A stretch of DNA of 64,000 nt from a bacterium. GTDB taxonomy: Archaea; Thermoplasmatota; E2; JACPAO01; JAHFTW01. A program made the position numbers and the translations under genes. This document shows positions 47,501-54,670 of this stretch, in pieces (position 1 is the stretch's first letter; every line of letters begins with the position of its first letter). The notes beneath the pieces were generated by a model. The model saw nothing but the letters and a program-made list of their open reading frames with translations, was not told the DNA's origin and did no database searches. The stretch lies in assembly GCA_040390065.1 (NCBI GenBank), contig JAZJZE010000011.1, positions 32,001 to 96,000 on the forward strand. The letters are read 5' to 3'.

Positions 47501-49996
47501 ACCGTCACGACGCTGCTCTCCTATGATTCCGCAGGCCATCTCGTCCGAACCGTGGACATCTTGGGCCAGGCAAGGAGGGCGGGTTACGACTCCAGGGGCA
47601 ACGTGGCCTGGACCACTGACACAGCGGGCCCGCTGTTGCCCGACGCTGCGGAGGCATACGACGGCTTCATCAACGCCGATGGCAACGTGGTAAGCTACAG
47701 CTACGACGGGAACAACCGGCTGATCGAAGTCCGGCGCGATCTCCACCAGGACGGCACGACTAACAGCGTGCTGACGGGCTACGTGTATACATTCCAGGAT
47801 TGGGACGCCGACGGGCGCCTCGCTGCAATCACGGACGACATGGGTCACAAGACGACCTACACTTACGACAGACTCAACAATGTCCTCCGCGAGACGATGG
47901 CCGACGGCACCGCGACCAACTATCTCTACGATGCAACGGGTCATGCCGTGCGCAGGACTGATGCCCTAGGCAACGCGGTGGCCATCGGCTTGACTGCGAC
48001 CGGCCTTCCTGCACGCGCAGCCGTAGCGGGGCCCGCTACCCTGTCGACGCTTCTGACCTACGAGTATGACGGCCTCGGGCGCGTGACGCGGGCAACGGAC
48101 AACAACAATCCTGGCCTTCCTGCGGACGATGCAACGACAGTCCTGCACTACGACTCGACCGGAATGCAGGTCGCCGACGTACAGAATGGGATGGGCGTTT
48201 CGCGGACGTACGACAGCGTTGGCCTCGCCACTGGCCTGACCTACCCCAACGGACGAGCCGTCCTCAAGGCGTACGACGCCGCGGGCCGCCTCACGCAAGT
48301 GGCCGATCCGGGAACGCCTCTGCCGAATCCGATTGTCAACTATGCCTACGGCACCATGCACCTCGGGATGAAGGACTATGGTGGGATGGCCACCTATTTC
48401 GGCTACGACAGTGCTGGCCGACTGGCAGGTATGACTGGGGCTCTGCATTATTCGTTCCAGTACGATCGCCAGGGGAGCGTCACTGGGGAAGTTAACTATG
48501 CATACCCTCACGAGAGCCGTGCAGCTTCCTATGACTCTCTGGGCCGACTCGTGGATGAGGACACGTCCAACTTCGCCAACCTCTACACAGTCTCGCCTCC
48601 GACGGACTACCAGGCGTCCCACATGACGTGGGAGCTTGACACGTCGAACGACTGGGTCCACCTCGCCTCCACACATGTGGCGGGTACGGCGACGGAGGCT
48701 AGGTCGCATGGCCCTGTCGACCAACTCAGGAGCATCACCGTGGACGGCGTCAAGACGACCTACACCACCTCCGCGGCCGGCAACCGGCTAACCGACGGCA
48801 CCCAGGCATACACCTGGGACGCGTTCAACCGCTTGCGCAGCGTGACGACCCTCGCGACCGGAATGGAGGCGGGCCACTACACGTACGACGCCCTCGGGCG
48901 GCGAACCTCAACCGTGACGCCGCTGGCAACGACGGCGTTCTACTACGACGGCCTCAACGTCATCGAAGAACGAAGCGGCACGGGAACGCTGCTCCGCCAG
49001 TTCGTCCACGGTTCGGAGGCAGACGAGCACGTCGTGCTCGACCGGAACCTGGACGGCGACAATTCGGCCACCGGCCCTCTTGACGAGCGTGTCTACTATC
49101 TGCAGGACCGCATGGGCAACGTCGTCGCCTTGGTCAGCTCCGGCACCGTGCGCGAACGCTACGTGTACGACCCGTATGGGCACATGGTCATCATCTCAAA
49201 CCTTGTCTTGCCCGCGGCGGCCATCCCGGTGTCCGCCTTCGACAACCCGTACACGTACACAGGGCAGCGTTTTGACTCCGAGAGCGGACTCTTCTACTAC
49301 AAGGCTCGATACTACGACGCGGAGGCAGGCCGGTTCCTCAGCCGTGATCCGGTTGGTGCATGGGGAACACCAAGCCTTGGGAACGGATACTCCTACGTTT
49401 CGAACATGCCGCTTCAGTTCCGGGACGCCACGGGCAAGATGTTCGGAATTGACGAGCTCGTATCTGGATTTGTTGGTGCGGCGAGTGGCCTTACGGTTCA
49501 CTTGCTTACAGATTGTTTTAGCGGAGATGGGTGCAATGACTCCCTCGGAAGCTATGTCAATGCCGCTGTGGATGGGGCGTGCCTTGGGGTGGCCGTGGAC
49601 GACGCGCCCGTTGGTGTCGGAATCGCGCTTGGGGCCACGTGCGGCGCCATTGGGAACATTGCGGGACAGGCAACCGACATCGCCACAGGGGCACAATGCG
49701 GACCGGACTTCAACAGTTTGGCGGTGGACACGGCGATGGGAGCCGTGAGCGGCGGCGTCGGTGCCAAGATGAAAATCAGGAAGGTTCACTTGAACGTGGG
49801 CGCGGGGAGCATGCGGGCGGTTGCGAAGGGAGCGCTCACCGCTCTGCGAAATGGAGGAATCCACGACCTGTCGTACAAGACCGTCGGGAAAATGTACGTG
49901 GCGACGCTGGTACCGACATTCATCACGGATGCCGGGTCGGATCTTACTGAGCCTGGCCTGGAATACCTTGTGGACCCGGGGCGTGCAGGTTGCTAG
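41522..49996 (+). CDS. Rhs/YD-repeat polymorphic toxin with signal peptide, 4 CxDGxDxDGDG repeats, about 5 FN3, DUF6531-like domain and Rhs core
   Basis: INAVTGQF...IGKNW (DUF6531-like); many YD repeats; core PYTYTGQRFDSESGLFYYKARYYD...GRFLSRDP...YSYVSNMP...DATG; ~186-aa Gly/hydrophobic C-terminal domain. Confidence 0.93.
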   Translation: MSAKSVQTESLGQPTGSHGTVAASARSIILAALLLMCLAIALVLLVPQASATPVAPVPDSPAENSVPPIYNDGDGTYVIATWDHAIPCRNGIYMAASYGLGGGYAGSDIGSTCTGHIWAGCGSTWRVKYQDSSGWSAWSELRHYGGSCETPPLPPPPPPPAPPTPPPEWGPTPPSPDCSDGIDDDGDGMTDAADPGCTGDPTHTEAPWNAPEPTPAGPSQCNDGIDNDGDGYVDMQDPSCDYNHMSTESPVNAAPPPPECGDGIDNDGDGYADSNDPECQHEPYTVESPWNAPPQCTDGTDDDGDGLIDAADPGCGYYPFDREDTPAPPPSPILSISGECGPQPGRIVLTWTAQNTNDVTLHRITGSGTTLATSAPPSPITDDRTVIGTVYYYSLSAPWNGNTIYSNQVSVTAGRPPDTPTGVTATAQSPGTSIHLTWTPGSTGGCEPVTYNVYGSSYASGTFEILAKDLTTPEYTQSSLPPGTWRFYRVSAQNPTGGSAQSDLAYARTWDAATPPTKFHVQPGDKQLVLTWSGPSSSGGGTITGYRLSGAHPGDSMTVLHDGASWYSPTASGYTYPHTGLTYDETWDYDIEATTGVGNGGSATDSAKTFGVPAIPMHIIGKAGTAAGQIALTWQPPNMDGGYPVTKYSVFRGLSDALCSTTFLGDVTDLSTLPFVDSGLAAGITYSFCVDATNEAGPGKTGVVRVTPPERPSPPRDLQAALDTPNTKLTWLVPLTDGGSPLTGYGLYTSPDGTTYTGPTMLPVAPLSYSSLPCSASCHYYVTAWNIYGESQPSNIVPAVATFPQESIRGTTPGTGMKLKQTLNCGVEQNETINAVTGQFVASLCVMTARSEYKGMNLTILATHRSDSLSSDFIGKNWFLSIDRRLDFVTQGIILNDGTGRLDGFLETSPGVYKSPPGFYETLTPTASGYDLVHVGGITEKFDSHGLRTKVEDVFGNSIRFSYADGKIVEITDAHDRITRLQYDGDRLATITDFDGRVTEFAYGGDDLAGIKLPAATADGPATTHEFTYTPQHNVRAVKDPAGHVYITNSYDALDRVSDQSDGTSSFRLTYTPSQSTTTVTDRNGNIVGWGYSGVLPIFKKTYMNRGVAPDQLLEYDTSFTTTADLEISQILQADGIQTSFTFDSAASAALPHGNLRRQEIAAPSGAGLAPLVATYDYEPLYQNVRSVTAPEGNDATYVPQNGGSTSPARYTTTYYYGDDEVTMGDLNGDGIATGEPHGRPVRIVHPLLNPTGSPSPLTDGYQPQIECIQYNAHGQETQHIYPDGRLVGTLYYKSNGIPGDPSDQEGFVFAALEYWDADTSSCAPLSSGSMAAMASPAAPESDQPQTPVGEFLNWTYTYDNSGNLLTQTDPTGNVTTFEYDRLNRMTRTVLPGPAKADIKFSYDADGNLVTRQTKNSVQLPDGSIATDPTNPYLTDTFAYDALDRRTDEWLSAARPTGAIDSTTALTLHGKFGYDKNGNLVMVRRAPSAQGIDGNDATTYIYDERNQMQYATTGGLNPLFSRLAANNQVTTSGLTDPFTLYLHDTAVAKTTAQCISDTQEWTPGDIIANPGKAPQIVCTSLYACTTGCPAPTCVSVPPKLLCAPEPVCAAGSLLGLSNPVDVTLAPPTLTANPPPCVAASLGDTMDPAWPTNLRPQTDPILVPDATGGASARLVVGETPLQNAKVSWTYTPSPPLMVQDARIMLDFWAMQTDTTTTPNTWKARLYSGATLLASNDPVAGTTFSNRPIGEAHEYRIALGTASFTVSSLRLEVEAVGAQPGRLVLMDSPRAPSRLEIGTAATTSNDYDAGGRILQQSDSDARTTRNEYDGMGRPTTMTAPDGTRTVQTYDASGRVVDKKVYGATSGIGFQTTPGPSVLLAKSRLFYDEAGRLFRTDVGRFDPTTGTNLPDAGLFPGDGFASTLVDYDAGGHPIKVISDTGATHEYQYSGLGRLTWEKDVGENEATYSYGANGRPMKIDVTMTELGPAGTWTLPAHTVTTLLSYDSAGHLVRTVDILGQARRAGYDSRGNVAWTTDTAGPLLPDAAEAYDGFINADGNVVSYSYDGNNRLIEVRRDLHQDGTTNSVLTGYVYTFQDWDADGRLAAITDDMGHKTTYTYDRLNNVLRETMADGTATNYLYDATGHAVRRTDALGNAVAIGLTATGLPARAAVAGPATLSTLLTYEYDGLGRVTRATDNNNPGLPADDATTVLHYDSTGMQVADVQNGMGVSRTYDSVGLATGLTYPNGRAVLKAYDAAGRLTQVADPGTPLPNPIVNYAYGTMHLGMKDYGGMATYFGYDSAGRLAGMTGALHYSFQYDRQGSVTGEVNYAYPHESRAASYDSLGRLVDEDTSNFANLYTVSPPTDYQASHMTWELDTSNDWVHLASTHVAGTATEARSHGPVDQLRSITVDGVKTTYTTSAAGNRLTDGTQAYTWDAFNRLRSVTTLATGMEAGHYTYDALGRRTSTVTPLATTAFYYDGLNVIEERSGTGTLLRQFVHGSEADEHVVLDRNLDGDNSATGPLDERVYYLQDRMGNVVALVSSGTVRERYVYDPYGHMVIISNLVLPAAAIPVSAFDNPYTYTGQRFDSESGLFYYKARYYDAEAGRFLSRDPVGAWGTPSLGNGYSYVSNMPLQFRDATGKMFGIDELVSGFVGAASGLTVHLLTDCFSGDGCNDSLGSYVNAAVDGACLGVAVDDAPVGVGIALGATCGAIGNIAGQATDIATGAQCGPDFNSLAVDTAMGAVSGGVGAKMKIRKVHLNVGAGSMRAVAKGALTALRNGGIHDLSYKTVGKMYVATLVPTFITDAGSDLTEPGLEYLVDPGRAGC

Positions 49997-50445
49997 CGGA
50001 ACGCCTTGAAGTGCATGGCAGCCGTTCACACTTGGTGGCCCTCTGCATCGTATATTTCCTCCCGATTGGAGCGGCGATGGTCGTGGCGGCCATGCGCAGC
50101 ATGCCTAGTCTGGCCTTGCTGGCTATTCTTCCAGCACCTCTTGTCACGTGGCACATCGTGAAGGTTGCCACGTACTCCGTCCTGCTTGACAGTCATTGGA
50201 TTTCCGTTCGTCATACATTTTTCGCTCGACGAATGGCATGGGATGATATTGAGTCCATGGAAATCTGGGGGTTCGGTTCCACCCGAGGCACTTCGCTATC
50301 GACTGGCTTCATTGTACGAGACTCGAAGGGGCGCAAGCTCGCGGTCTCCACCCGCATTCCCGACGGCAAGGACGCCAAGGCCGTCGTAGACTTCGTCGAA
50401 GCGCGCCTTGGCCGGCGGGGCGTCCGGGCCCGGTCGCGCGCCTAG
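49990..50445 (+). CDS. Two-TM plus PH-like domain protein; candidate Rhs immunity protein
   Basis: Overlaps the Rhs stop; 2 TMs, then ISVRHTFFARRMAWDDIESME (bacterial PH-like pattern). Confidence 0.72.
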   Translation: MLAERLEVHGSRSHLVALCIVYFLPIGAAMVVAAMRSMPSLALLAILPAPLVTWHIVKVATYSVLLDSHWISVRHTFFARRMAWDDIESMEIWGFGSTRGTSLSTGFIVRDSKGRKLAVSTRIPDGKDAKAVVDFVEARLGRRGVRARSRA

Positions 50446-50958
50446 GGTCGGAAGCCTTCCCTGCGCCCCAGGCATGACGAATCTGCGGGTCTGGGCGCGA
50501 TAGCGTGGCGGCGCCGTCGACGCATGACCCGGGCGAATCCGGTGCCCAGCACCGTCCGGCGCCGGGCCACTCGTCCAGGCCGGCGGCACGGACCGGACGG
50601 TGGGGCCGCCCCCTGGGGCCACCCGGCCGGACCACTTTTGCGAGATGCTTACTGTATATGGTGCACGTGTTTGTGCATCTTCCACGAACGCCCGCATCGC
50701 GCTCACCATGCTCGCAGCCACCCTCCTGGCCCCCCAGGCCCAGGCGGCAAACGTCGTCATCCAATTCCCCGAGGAAGCCACCCTTGGAGAGATCTAGGCG
50801 GTCCCGGGGCTGCACATGGAGTCGCACCGGCCGTGTTCAACCACCCCGCAACCTCGTAGAGGTGCGCGACCCGGGACCTATCCCCGCTCAGGAAAGCACC
50901 GACACCAACGAGTGTGCGCCAATAGGGAAAACGTACTTCACCTCGCCGTGGGGCTCCG

Positions 50959-51035
50959 CCACTCAGGCTTGCGTGAGACGCGTGGAGGTCTCCCACTCAG
51001 GCTTGCGTGAGACGCGTGGAGGTCTCCCACTCAGG
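50959..51035. repeat. Perfect 34-bp tandem repeat (about 2.3 units)
   Basis: CCACTCAGGCTTGCGTGAGACGCGTGGAGGTCTC x2 plus CCACTCAGG; internal GAGAC/GTCTC hairpin. Confidence 0.9.
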
Positions 51036-51187
51036 ATATCGCGCACGTCAGCCCGTTTCCGTCCGGACGGAAACCTAGCCGGCCGGTGACTCGCCCTATC
51101 CGTTCTGAAGAGTTGCGCCAGGTGGTTGGCTATGGCCGAGGCAGGCTATTGCGATTGTGAATGCCGGTGTCATCCGGCGCGGGCCAC

Positions 51188-51727
51188 CTAGTGGACCCGA
51201 ACAAAGCACGTATCGTCGACGAAGTCGCCGTCGGGGCCGTCGAAGACGGCTTCCACCGCAATTAGGCCGGGGGCGACGATGAGTGCCTCGACTTCGTGGT
51301 AGCCTTCCCCTGGCTCTAGCTTGTAGGCCCAAAATGCCTTCTTTAGCCACAGGAACCCCTCCCGATGCGGCGGATCTTGGCGTGTGCGCAGGACTTGCCT
51401 GTGCGCCACGGCTGGGGCCTTGGAGTAGTTGATGAAGGCGTTTTGTGGTGCACCCGCCGGTACGGCGCGCACGGTCACCAGTAAACCCTTGGCGCCGGGG
51501 CGAATGATGACCTTCCCAATATTCTTCAGCTGCACGTGGACGACCAAGAGGCGGAGACTAGCATTGTACGGCAACACGTCGGCCTTGACGCCGACTTGGA
51601 GATTCCACTTCGCGGTGCGCTCGCGCCCAAACTTCAGGTACGCCCACAGGCCACCGATCACGACGGCAAGCATCGTCACGACCTTGCTTGCGGCATCGAG
51701 GATCTTGTTCCACTCGTCCAGGTTCAC
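51188..51727 (-). CDS. N-terminally membrane-anchored hypothetical protein
   Basis: VVTMLAVVIGGLWAYLKFGRER TM, then an Ig-like beta domain (VHVQLKNIGKV...LEPGE); SD GGAGGTGG. Confidence 0.8.
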   Translation of the reverse strand: MNLDEWNKILDAASKVVTMLAVVIGGLWAYLKFGRERTAKWNLQVGVKADVLPYNASLRLLVVHVQLKNIGKVIIRPGAKGLLVTVRAVPAGAPQNAFINYSKAPAVAHRQVLRTRQDPPHREGFLWLKKAFWAYKLEPGEGYHEVEALIVAPGLIAVEAVFDGPDGDFVDDTCFVRVH

Positions 51728-51923
51728 AACTATTCACCACCTCCAAGCCTCAAGACACCGTTGGCTACGTCCGGCCCAAATCAGGCTCGGGAGTCGGCTG
51801 GGCAGCAGGGACGAAAGCGTCGTGATATCCCTTCCGAGGATAGGGCAGGCCGCACCGCCGCCCGGCGTGACAGTGCACATGTCTGGGAAGGTTTGGAATG
51901 AAGGGAAAAGGTGCGAGGCACGC

Positions 51924-52598
51924 CTAGTGGGCGTTGCAGCTGTAGGCTGAGCCGACGTGGGCGAGTTTGCCAGTCAGGGTGAGGCCGGAGTCCTGCATTC
52001 CGCTGGGCGCCGCCGTCGTCGTCATGCCGGGGTGGAACGTGGCGCCTTCGCTCATCGGCATCGCGAAGGAGCTGGTGCCTTCCTCAGTTGTCGCCGTGCC
52101 TAGGAACCACAGGACGTCTTGGTCGGTGACCAGGATGCGGCCGTCGTACGTGGTGTCGGTCCAGGATCCGTTCCAGTCGTCAGACGTGACGCGGCAGGTG
52201 ACTTTGACCTTGTCGGCAACGCCGGCAATCTTCTCGGTTCCTACTGGGGGCAGGTCGCAGCCCATGGTGAGGCTGCCGAAGATGTTGGAGGCCGACATCG
52301 AGGCGTGAGATGGCCACAGGCCGGTCTTGGTGGAGCTGGCCGTGGAGTAGACGGCCGCGCCGGGGGCGGGGTAGTCTGCGTGGCCGTCGGTGTGGCTGGC
52401 AACGAGGGCAAGGCCCGTGCTCGCGCTTGTTGCGGCGCCGACGCCGATGGATGACGCGTTGGCCGAGGCGGATGAGCTACTGCAGCTGACGCCGCCGCCG
52501 GTTCCGATAGGTGCGCCGCTGGCGCTTGCGGGCGGCGACAGTACCGCCACGACCAGGAGGATGGCTGCCGAAAATAGGCCAAAGCGTTTGGTGTTCAT
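51924..52598 (-). CDS. Secreted Ser/Thr-rich hypothetical protein
   Basis: Signal MNTKRFGLFSAAILLVVAVLSPPASA; 4 Cys. Confidence 0.8.
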   Translation of the reverse strand: MNTKRFGLFSAAILLVVAVLSPPASASGAPIGTGGGVSCSSSSASANASSIGVGAATSASTGLALVASHTDGHADYPAPGAAVYSTASSTKTGLWPSHASMSASNIFGSLTMGCDLPPVGTEKIAGVADKVKVTCRVTSDDWNGSWTDTTYDGRILVTDQDVLWFLGTATTEEGTSSFAMPMSEGATFHPGMTTTAAPSGMQDSGLTLTGKLAHVGSAYSCNAH

Positions 52599-53019
52599 GG
52601 GTTCACGTCCCGCGGGGCGGGCGGCCATACAATGACGTCGTCTTCTTGCGTCTTCTGGCTACAACGAGCCTCACGCACGGCTACGAGCCTGCCACAGCAC
52701 CAATTCGTTCTGAAGACCCCAAACTGACTCCACCTCGGGCCCTCCGGGGATTTGTCCCAAACAAACCCCCGCAGCGCATCGCGGACTCGCAGGACACGCC
52801 AATCCGTGAGAAGGCGTTGCTCGACGGTGAACCCTGGGGGCCCGTGGTCAATTCGCCTCCCGCCCGTGCAATCCACGCCTGGAGAGGGCGACGGCGGTTC
52901 CAGGCGGCCCTGGGCCGGTGGCCGGAAAGTGTCAGGAACTGGGGGGCCATCGCCGCTGGGTCGCTTCGGGTGCGCGGGGCCTCGAATCCGGGCTGGCGGG
53001 CGACATGTCCTTGGCGTGG

Positions 53020-53140
53020 GCGGCCATGTCCCTCTCCTCCGCAGCAGGAGGGACGGCCCCGCCGCGATCTTCGCCCGCCACTTCCCGTCACTTCCCGCGA
53101 TCTGGTGTTTTCACTTTCTCTCCTATTGGGTACCTCCCGG
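53020..53140. repeat. Dispersed repeat A, long copy; direct repeat of 3321-3430
   Basis: See partner; contains an internal duplication CACTTCCCG x2. Confidence 0.7.
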
Positions 53141-53185
53141 GCACGTAACCTCGACGTTTGTCAGAATGTGCCCCACCGTTCTCCA

Positions 53186-54469
53186 TCAAGGGAGCCGGAT
53201 GACGGAGGGGCCGGGGTCGGCGGGTGCGTTCGAGCCAGTGCGCGGCGCCTGCGTGGACGGGAACTGCCGCGTTGCGGAGAGCGGGTTGGCGGCGACGATT
53301 CCCAGCCCCAGGGCCGCGTTCAGGTTGCTGGCCAGCAGGGTCTTGGGCGTGTTCAGGCTGCGGTGGACCCAGTAGCGGAAGGCCGCCAGGTGCCAGGAGT
53401 GGCCTTGGATGGTCGTGCGGACGTACGCCTCGATGGCGGCCTGCGCCGCGGCGCGCACCGCAGGGCTCACGCCGGGCCTCTCGAAGTAGTCCAAAAGCGG
53501 CTCGAACGGCTGGATCTGCTGCACGAAGGAGGTCCCGTTGCCAAGGTCGCCGAGCACGTACGCTCGATGAAACTCGCGCGTGAACGTCGTGGTCCATGCC
53601 TCAACCTCCGAGTTGTCGCCTTGCAGAATGCTGCCGGATCGCACGTGGCGGATGTGGTCCAGCTCGTGGTTGAGGACGATGCGGCCCCAGAGGAAGTTGT
53701 CCGGCTTCAGCGCCTTGGGGCCGAGTATGACGAAGTGGCTGAAACCGGTGGCGATGCTGCCCGTGCTACGTGTCCGGCCCGCCAGGTTGCGCCCCGCCTT
53801 TGCCTCCAGGTTCTCGTCGTAGTTCACGATGGGGTTGGCGAAGCTGTATCCGCTGAGCAAGCTCGTGTTGATGGCGGGGCTGCTGGCGGCCTGGGCGGTG
53901 ACGTCGTTGACGGTCACGTTGGACGCGACGACACCGGAGTTGGACGGGATGGCGGCCGCCTGCTGCAGGAGCGCCGCCATGGCGCCGGGGGTCACGGCAG
54001 CCGTGACTGCGTTCTGCCAGCCCACGGGTGCCGCGCTGGCCCCCGGCCCGTAGAATACCGTGGTTGGCTGCTGCGCGGGCGGAATCGCCTGCGCGGGCTG
54101 CGCCGCTTGCTTGCCCCTGAAGAAGCCAAAGGACCGGACGGGGGAGGTGGGGGCGACCTGCTGGCGGGACGTCCCCGCGTCACTGCCGTCGGAAGTGTCG
54201 GCCAAGCAGCCCGTGGCGCCGTTGCCGCGTATTGGGTTCAGCAGAGCGGCGTCGAGGGCGGTCCACGTCAAAGGGCCCACAATGCCGTCCACGACCAGGG
54301 ACTCGCCGGCCTGGAAGTCCCGCACCGCCTTCAACGTCTTTGGGCCGAAATCGCCGTCGGCAGCAAGCGGCGGTTGTGCTCCAGCAAGGTTGAGGTCATT
54401 CTGCAATTCGATGACGGACTGGCCCTTGGATCCTTGTCGAAGCATCGGCCTTGTGATTGCCTGCGGCAT
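53186..54469 (-). CDS. Peptidoglycan-binding domain plus HExxH metallopeptidase-like protein; candidate eCIS effector
   Basis: LRQGSKGQSVIELQNDL...DGDFGPKTLKAVRDFQ...L.VDGIVGPLTW.AL (PG_binding_1); VLNHELDHIRH...SEVEAW; no signal peptide. Confidence 0.85.
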   Translation of the reverse strand: MPQAITRPMLRQGSKGQSVIELQNDLNLAGAQPPLAADGDFGPKTLKAVRDFQAGESLVVDGIVGPLTWTALDAALLNPIRGNGATGCLADTSDGSDAGTSRQQVAPTSPVRSFGFFRGKQAAQPAQAIPPAQQPTTVFYGPGASAAPVGWQNAVTAAVTPGAMAALLQQAAAIPSNSGVVASNVTVNDVTAQAASSPAINTSLLSGYSFANPIVNYDENLEAKAGRNLAGRTRSTGSIATGFSHFVILGPKALKPDNFLWGRIVLNHELDHIRHVRSGSILQGDNSEVEAWTTTFTREFHRAYVLGDLGNGTSFVQQIQPFEPLLDYFERPGVSPAVRAAAQAAIEAYVRTTIQGHSWHLAAFRYWVHRSLNTPKTLLASNLNAALGLGIVAANPLSATRQFPSTQAPRTGSNAPADPGPSVIRLP

Positions 54470-54670
54470 GCCGCCGTGGACCGGCCCATGCAACATAATG
54501 GAGATTCACGCGACATGGGACCATCGCGTCGGCGGGCGGACGGCCAACGTCGAATCGCAATCGAAACAGGCGCGCGAGTATCCTTAGGACTCGCCGTGGC
54601 TGCCGCGCCTGCGCCACTACGGAAAGTCGCAGTAGGGCCTGTTCCCGTCGTGCGGCCCAGAAAATCATTA

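Noticed and set aside
50959-51035. 34-bp repeat with internal hairpin as a CRISPR array
   Set aside because: Units are directly adjacent with no spacers, there are only about 2.3 copies, and no cas genes are present.
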